Virus record (IMG/VR): IMGVR_UViG_3300033144_001106
Coordinates: 1 to 50,120 of that record
DNA from: a virus
Taxonomy: Duplodnaviria > Caudoviricetes
DNA: 50,120 bases
Strand: one strand, 5' to 3'
Both the position numbers and the translations under genes were made by a program. Numbering within the stretch: the stretch's first letter is position 1; every line of letters starts with the position of its first letter. This document shows, piece by piece, positions 45,339 through 50,120 of the stretch. The notes under the pieces were generated by a model. The model was given only the letters and a program-made list of their open reading frames with translations, ran no database searches and was not told the DNA's origin.

Positions 45339-46363
45339 TGGCTGCCTCAGACGGAGGCCACGTATGGCCCCCTAGGGCATCAGACCTTAGGATCCAAGAA
45401 CTAACAGGCGCAGGAGCAGAGCTCTCTAAGCCCGGTGATGTCTTTGCAGCCCTTAGGGCCGAAGGCTATACAGGGTCGATAGACGACATGTGGCATCAGC
45501 ACTTAGTAGTGGCTGGCATCACTGATACCAGTGAGCCTTTCACTGGCAGCCTTGCTACCACTATTGTAGGCCCAGACATCATGGACTTTGCAACCGGGCC
45601 GGTTGCTGGTGACATAATCTTGGATATCTCTCCCTCGTGGGGGCCGATGGGCTTTCACGTAGACTCTACAGAGACCTATGCCCTCTACGGTGAGAATGAC
45701 GGGGACTACCTGATACTTGGCACTATGAGTACGCCGGGGGACATCTCCACGCTGACCCAGACCAATGTCAGCTCAGATGTAGGCCCACCGCCTGAAGGCG
45801 TTGCTATCACTGACGCTGGCACCAGAGTCTTCTATTGCGGCACTAACTACGTCTACTCGAGGCCACTAAGCTCTGCTTGGGACTTAACAAGTATGGGAGC
45901 CTCAGATGCTAGCATACAGTTCACTGGGCTTGCTAACCCTATAACAGACATATTCCTTGACCACGCCGGGGCAAACCTGATCGCTTGCGATAAGACCGGC
46001 AAGGTACAAATGGTTACTCTTGGTACTGCTAACGACCTATCGAGTGCTGGCAGCATTACCACATCGACCGTTATGCTTGGGAAAATTGCTACCACGGAGT
46101 CCAAGGCAGTCTGTCTTGATCCTTCGGGCACTAAGATGTACATGAGTAATGCCGTAGGCGCAGGTAAGATTCACATGGGAGTGATGTCTACTGCCGCCGA
46201 CCTGAGTACAATGACATATACATCCGTCCCTGCTAACGTAATTACTCTGACGGGCACCGCCAACAACAACCCTATTGGCATGGGTATGAGTGCAGACGCT
46301 CAGACCCTCTGGGTATATGGTGACGTTCAGAACAGGTGTGCAGTCTTAAGGCTCGCCCCTTAG
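45338..46363 (+). CDS. Beta-propeller protein (possible virion appendage)
   Basis: Repeated [ST]..D[IL]S[ST] blade motif (STPGDIST, SSAWDLTS, GTANDLSS, STAADLST). Confidence 0.6.
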   Translation: MAASDGGHVWPPRASDLRIQELTGAGAELSKPGDVFAALRAEGYTGSIDDMWHQHLVVAGITDTSEPFTGSLATTIVGPDIMDFATGPVAGDIILDISPSWGPMGFHVDSTETYALYGENDGDYLILGTMSTPGDISTLTQTNVSSDVGPPPEGVAITDAGTRVFYCGTNYVYSRPLSSAWDLTSMGASDASIQFTGLANPITDIFLDHAGANLIACDKTGKVQMVTLGTANDLSSAGSITTSTVMLGKIATTESKAVCLDPSGTKMYMSNAVGAGKIHMGVMSTAADLSTMTYTSVPANVITLTGTANNNPIGMGMSADAQTLWVYGDVQNRCAVLRLAP

Positions 46364-47898
46364 TGGATAACCTAGCACTTATCAAGCAAGCGGCAGAAGA
46401 CGACCTCCTGACATTCATCAGGTTGGTCGCGCCGCATAGAGTGTTGGGTAAGTGCCACGAGGAGCTCATCAAATGGTGGTGCCGTGACGATGCCGGTGAT
46501 CATCAGATGGCCTTGATCCCTAGAGATCATCAGAAGTCTACAATGGTTGCGTACCGATGTGCATGGGAGATTACAAGGGATCCTTCGATCACTATCTTGT
46601 ATATCTCTGCAACATCGGGACTAGCTGAGAAACAGCTCAAGTTCATCAAAGACATTTTGGAACACCCCAAGTACACAAAGTTCTGGCCGGATATGATTCA
46701 TCCGGAGGAAGGCAAACGAGACAAGTGGACTAATGCGGAAATTAACGTCGATCATCCTTTGCGAACCACGGAAGGAGTTAGGGACTCCACAGTGTTCACT
46801 GCGGGACTCACTACTTCAATTACAGGTTTACACTGCAATATCGCAGTGCTTGACGATGTCGTTGTCAATGAAAACGCATATACCCGCGACGGAAGAAAGA
46901 AAGTCGAAAGCCAGTACTCACTACTCGCGTCGATTGAGACGACGGACGCGAGGGAGTGGATCGTAGGTACACGGTACCATCCTAAGGATCTGTACGGTGT
47001 ACTAGTCAAGACATCAGTAGATGTTGTCAACGAACACGGAGATGTACTAGACACTGCACCTGTCTATGAGGTCTACCAGAAAGAGGTAGAGGACATGGGC
47101 GACGGCACCGGAGAATACCTCTGGCCTCGTCAACAGCGCGGTGATGGCAAATGGTTTGGCTTTAACGCACAGGTACTAGCCCTCAAGAGAGCTAAGTACT
47201 TGGACAGGACACAGTACCACGCTCAGTACTACAACAACCCTAATGACCCCCATAATGAAGCTATCTCTAGTGAGTACTTCCAGTACTACAACAGAGAGAT
47301 GATTCAGAAGCGAGACGGAGTGTGGACATACAACGGGAAGCCTTTAGCAGTCTTCGCTGCCATTGACTTCGCATACAGCTTGCGGAGTACAGCTGACTAC
47401 ACAGTATTGATAGTCATTGGTGTTGACCACGAGGGTAACATCTTCGTACTGGATATCAAGCGTGAGCGCACGAACAAGACGGCCAGATACTACGACATGG
47501 TCAGGGAAGCCCACATGAAGTGGGGATTCAAGAAGATCAGGGCAGAGGTAACAGCTGCTCAGTCCATCATAGCCGAGAGGCTTAAGGATGACATCAGGCA
47601 GGAAGGGTTGCTCTTATCGGTAGAGGACTTCCGTCCTACAAGGACTATGGGCTCTAAGGAGGAGCGTATGCTCAACCAGCTGAAGCCCCGCTACGAGAAC
47701 ATGAGCATCTGGCACTACTACGGTGGCCTGTGTGAGGATCTCGAGCAAGAGCTTATACAGCACAACCCAGCGTTCGATGACATTAAGGATGCACTACACT
47801 CGGTCATGGGGATCATGCGGATCCCAATGAACCACGGCTTAAGGCGTAGTCAACGTACTATAACATCGCATAGTCGCTTCGGCGGTGTTGCAGCGTAA
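46363..47898 (+). CDS. terL: Terminase large subunit
   Basis: Walker A PRDHQKST, Walker B VLDD, GTRYH..D, nuclease IDFA...DY and DD..DA; start refined to GTG 46363. Confidence 0.95.
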   Translation: MDNLALIKQAAEDDLLTFIRLVAPHRVLGKCHEELIKWWCRDDAGDHQMALIPRDHQKSTMVAYRCAWEITRDPSITILYISATSGLAEKQLKFIKDILEHPKYTKFWPDMIHPEEGKRDKWTNAEINVDHPLRTTEGVRDSTVFTAGLTTSITGLHCNIAVLDDVVVNENAYTRDGRKKVESQYSLLASIETTDAREWIVGTRYHPKDLYGVLVKTSVDVVNEHGDVLDTAPVYEVYQKEVEDMGDGTGEYLWPRQQRGDGKWFGFNAQVLALKRAKYLDRTQYHAQYYNNPNDPHNEAISSEYFQYYNREMIQKRDGVWTYNGKPLAVFAAIDFAYSLRSTADYTVLIVIGVDHEGNIFVLDIKRERTNKTARYYDMVREAHMKWGFKKIRAEVTAAQSIIAERLKDDIRQEGLLLSVEDFRPTRTMGSKEERMLNQLKPRYENMSIWHYYGGLCEDLEQELIQHNPAFDDIKDALHSVMGIMRIPMNHGLRRSQRTITSHSRFGGVAA

Positions 47899-47922
47899 AC
47901 CATACGGGCATAGCATACAACA

Positions 47923-49704
47923 ATGGCACAGGTAAACAAACAAGTTCTAGAGATCAACGGACTCCTTCAACCGGAGCACATGGCTCACTTCGTCACAAAC
48001 AAGTACGTCTCTTGGAGAATCGAAAGGAATCCGTGGAACGATAGCATGAAAGAGCTCCGGAACTACATCTTCCAGACGGACACTACACAGACGACTAACG
48101 CTAAGCTCCCGTGGAAGAACAAGACTAGCATCCCTAAGATCTGTCAGATCAGGGACAACCTACACGCTAACTACTTAGCAGCTCTCTTCCCACATGACAA
48201 CTGGTTCAAGTGGGAGTCAGCAACAGAAGCCGGTGTATCTAAAGAGAACGCTCTAGTGATCGAAGGCTACATGAAGCAGAAGATCAGAGAGTCCAAGTTC
48301 AAGGCTATCATTGCTGAAGCACTGTATGACTACATCGACTACGGCAACGCCTTCGCGGAAGTAACCTATGAATCAGAAGTCCACGAGCTCCCTAATGGCG
48401 ACTCCGTCTCGGTCTACAACGGCCCTCGCCTCCACCGTATCAGCCCTTACGACATCTACTTCGATGTCTCTGCCTCTACATTTAGAGACGCAGCTAAGAT
48501 CACGAGAACCATCGTTAGCATGGGATCTCTACAACACGCCGCAAGTACTGACCCTGCATTCGCATGGGTTACAGAAGCACTTACGGATAGACACAAAGTC
48601 AGGGTCGATCTGAACTCATATTCCGATTCCGACTTGGATAAGTCCGAAGGACTCGTCATTGATGGATTCGGCAGTCTATCACAGTACTACTCTTCCGACA
48701 TGGTCGAGCTCTTAGAGTACGAGGGAGATACGTACAACGCTGACACAGGTGAAGTACAGACTAACCGTCGAGTCATTGTTATGGACAGGCGCAAGGTCGT
48801 ATCGGATACACCGATAGACTCATGGCTAGGCAGAACAAACAAAGAGCACGTAGGGTGGAGGTTACGGCCTGACAACCTAATGGCTATGGGGCCACTAGAT
48901 AATCTGGTTGGTATGCAGTACCGACTGGATCACTTAGAGAACCTTAAGGCCGATGTGTTCGACCAGATTGCTCACCCAGTAGTCTACCAGCGAGGCTTGG
49001 TAGAGGATTGGGAGTGGGGGCCGGGAGAACGTATCTTCGGAGACGTAGACTCTAACGTAGACATACTACGCCCTGACGCTACAGCACTCAACGCTGACTT
49101 CCAGAAGAACCAGATGATGCAAGACATGGAGCAGCTAGTCGGAGCCCCTCGTGAAGCGATGGGCATCCGGACACCGGGTGAGAAGACAGCCTTCGAATTC
49201 GGAGAGCTCCAGAGTGCAGCCGGTAGGCTGTTCCAGCAGAAGATCACATACTTCGAAGAGGAGTTTGTAGAGCCCCTGCTGAATCAGTTCCTAGAGAGCG
49301 CACGTAGGAACATCAACGCTACCGAGATGGTAGCGGTACAGAATGAAGACTTTGGAGTGGTGCAGTTCCTACAGCTCACTCCAGAGGTTATCAACTCTAA
49401 AGGGAAGATCTACCCCATAGGAGCAAGGCACTTTGCTAAGCAAGCACAGACAGTGCAGAACCTCCTAGGGTTTATCAACTCAGCAGCTTACCAAGACCCA
49501 GCAGTATCTACCCATATCTCAGGCAAGAAGATCGCTGAGATGATGGAAGAGAACCTAGGCCTTACACAGTACGAGCTAGTTCAAGACAACATCCGGATAG
49601 CAGAGCAGCAAGAGACGATAGCAGAGCAGCAAGAGACCGCTAAGCTCGGAACCCAAGCACAAGAGAACGTAGCAACAGACATCATCGAGAGGCCTGAGCC
49701 CTAG
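47923..49704 (+). CDS. Portal protein
   Basis: 593 aa after terL; WKNKT..PK.CQIRDNLHANY, GPLDNLVGMQYR.DHLEN.KAD, GIRTPGEKTA. Confidence 0.92.
   Translation: MAQVNKQVLEINGLLQPEHMAHFVTNKYVSWRIERNPWNDSMKELRNYIFQTDTTQTTNAKLPWKNKTSIPKICQIRDNLHANYLAALFPHDNWFKWESATEAGVSKENALVIEGYMKQKIRESKFKAIIAEALYDYIDYGNAFAEVTYESEVHELPNGDSVSVYNGPRLHRISPYDIYFDVSASTFRDAAKITRTIVSMGSLQHAASTDPAFAWVTEALTDRHKVRVDLNSYSDSDLDKSEGLVIDGFGSLSQYYSSDMVELLEYEGDTYNADTGEVQTNRRVIVMDRRKVVSDTPIDSWLGRTNKEHVGWRLRPDNLMAMGPLDNLVGMQYRLDHLENLKADVFDQIAHPVVYQRGLVEDWEWGPGERIFGDVDSNVDILRPDATALNADFQKNQMMQDMEQLVGAPREAMGIRTPGEKTAFEFGELQSAAGRLFQQKITYFEEEFVEPLLNQFLESARRNINATEMVAVQNEDFGVVQFLQLTPEVINSKGKIYPIGARHFAKQAQTVQNLLGFINSAAYQDPAVSTHISGKKIAEMMEENLGLTQYELVQDNIRIAEQQETIAEQQETAKLGTQAQENVATDIIERPEP
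49596..49637 (+). repeat. Exact 21-bp tandem duplication (gatagcagagcagcaagagac x2)
   Basis: Present here but single-copy at 94-114; marks the switch to a variant haplotype. Confidence 0.9.
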
Positions 49705-50120
49705 TGGGAACGACTATACCAACAGATAGAAACCTAGTACCGATGACCGACGATATGTTGCTCATCTCTATGGGATGCTATCCCGGTATTGCGCACATCA
49801 ACAAGTTCGGAGAGAACGAAGACATCGCGGCTGATACAGAGGAAGACATCTGGACAGGTAGCTCACCGTACCCGTACCCAACGACAGCTACGATCACGCA
49901 CATCAGTCAGGCTGTAGATCAGGAGGCTATGCGTGGTGGTCGTATCAACATAGCAGGGCTTGACGCTAACTGGGAACTGAAGAACCAGTTCGTAATGCTT
50001 GACGGCACACTCACAACTAATGCTGTCGAACTTAGCACACCACTCATTCGTGTCTTCCGGGCAACTGTCGGTATCCAAGAGCAGATCGACTCGGCTGTTA
50101 CGATACACGACGCTGGGGAT
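49704..50120 (+). CDS. Partial divergent allele/paralogue of the 181-960 gene (truncated by window end)
   Basis: Open frame from GTG 49704: ...HINKFG...THISQ..DQ...RGG...GLDANW...LDGTLTTN.VEL.TPLIR.FR. Confidence 0.85.
   Translation, partial: MGTTIPTDRNLVPMTDDMLLISMGCYPGIAHINKFGENEDIAADTEEDIWTGSSPYPYPTTATITHISQAVDQEAMRGGRINIAGLDANWELKNQFVMLDGTLTTNAVELSTPLIRVFRATVGIQEQIDSAVTIHDAGD

Noticed and set aside
49704-50120. Diversity-generating retroelement TR/VR pair with 181-960
   Set aside because: Differences are not adenine-specific and no reverse transcriptase is present.
1-50120. tRNA genes, integrase or repressor (temperate lifestyle)
   Set aside because: GGTTCG motifs checked fall inside CDSs without cloverleafs; no recombinase or repressor ORF recognised.

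Overview
Essentially complete (~49.5 kb), circularly permuted genome of a lytic podovirus-type dsDNA phage of a Gram-negative host (two-component spanins, consensus sigma70 early promoter). It has two oppositely transcribed arms, an architecture reminiscent of SIO1/VpV262/Zobellviridae-like phages (inference). The + arm (44.4 kb to the end, then 1 to 24.0 kb) encodes terS, terL, portal, scaffold, major capsid, tail adaptor/nozzle, internal virion proteins, endolysin, tail fibres, holin and spanins. The - arm (43.9 to 24.0 kb) encodes small early genes, a CobS/CobT-like AAA+/VWA pair, primase, helicase, family A DNA polymerase, nucleases, a phosphoesterase and a sulfotransferase-like protein. 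I see no RNA polymerase, integrase, tRNA or CRISPR array. The most striking feature is about 30 short hairpins packed into ~1.35 kb (42.67-44.0 kb) at the start of the early arm. Their stems are mostly unrelated in sequence, but nearly all close the same C-(G/A)-D-A-G triloop, on either strand, and they are overprinted on three protein-coding genes. Just downstream on the - strand lies a ~320-nt nested structured element (candidate ncRNA). Other oddities: a ParB-like plus pyruvyl/glycosyl-transferase-like pair inside the head module, an ART-like candidate ejected protein, a helicase lacking canonical Walker A/B residues, apparent genome-wide absence of CCWGG, and a second divergent allele of the post-portal gene at the contig end (probably a strain chimera). 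All family calls are from motif recognition by eye, not database searches.
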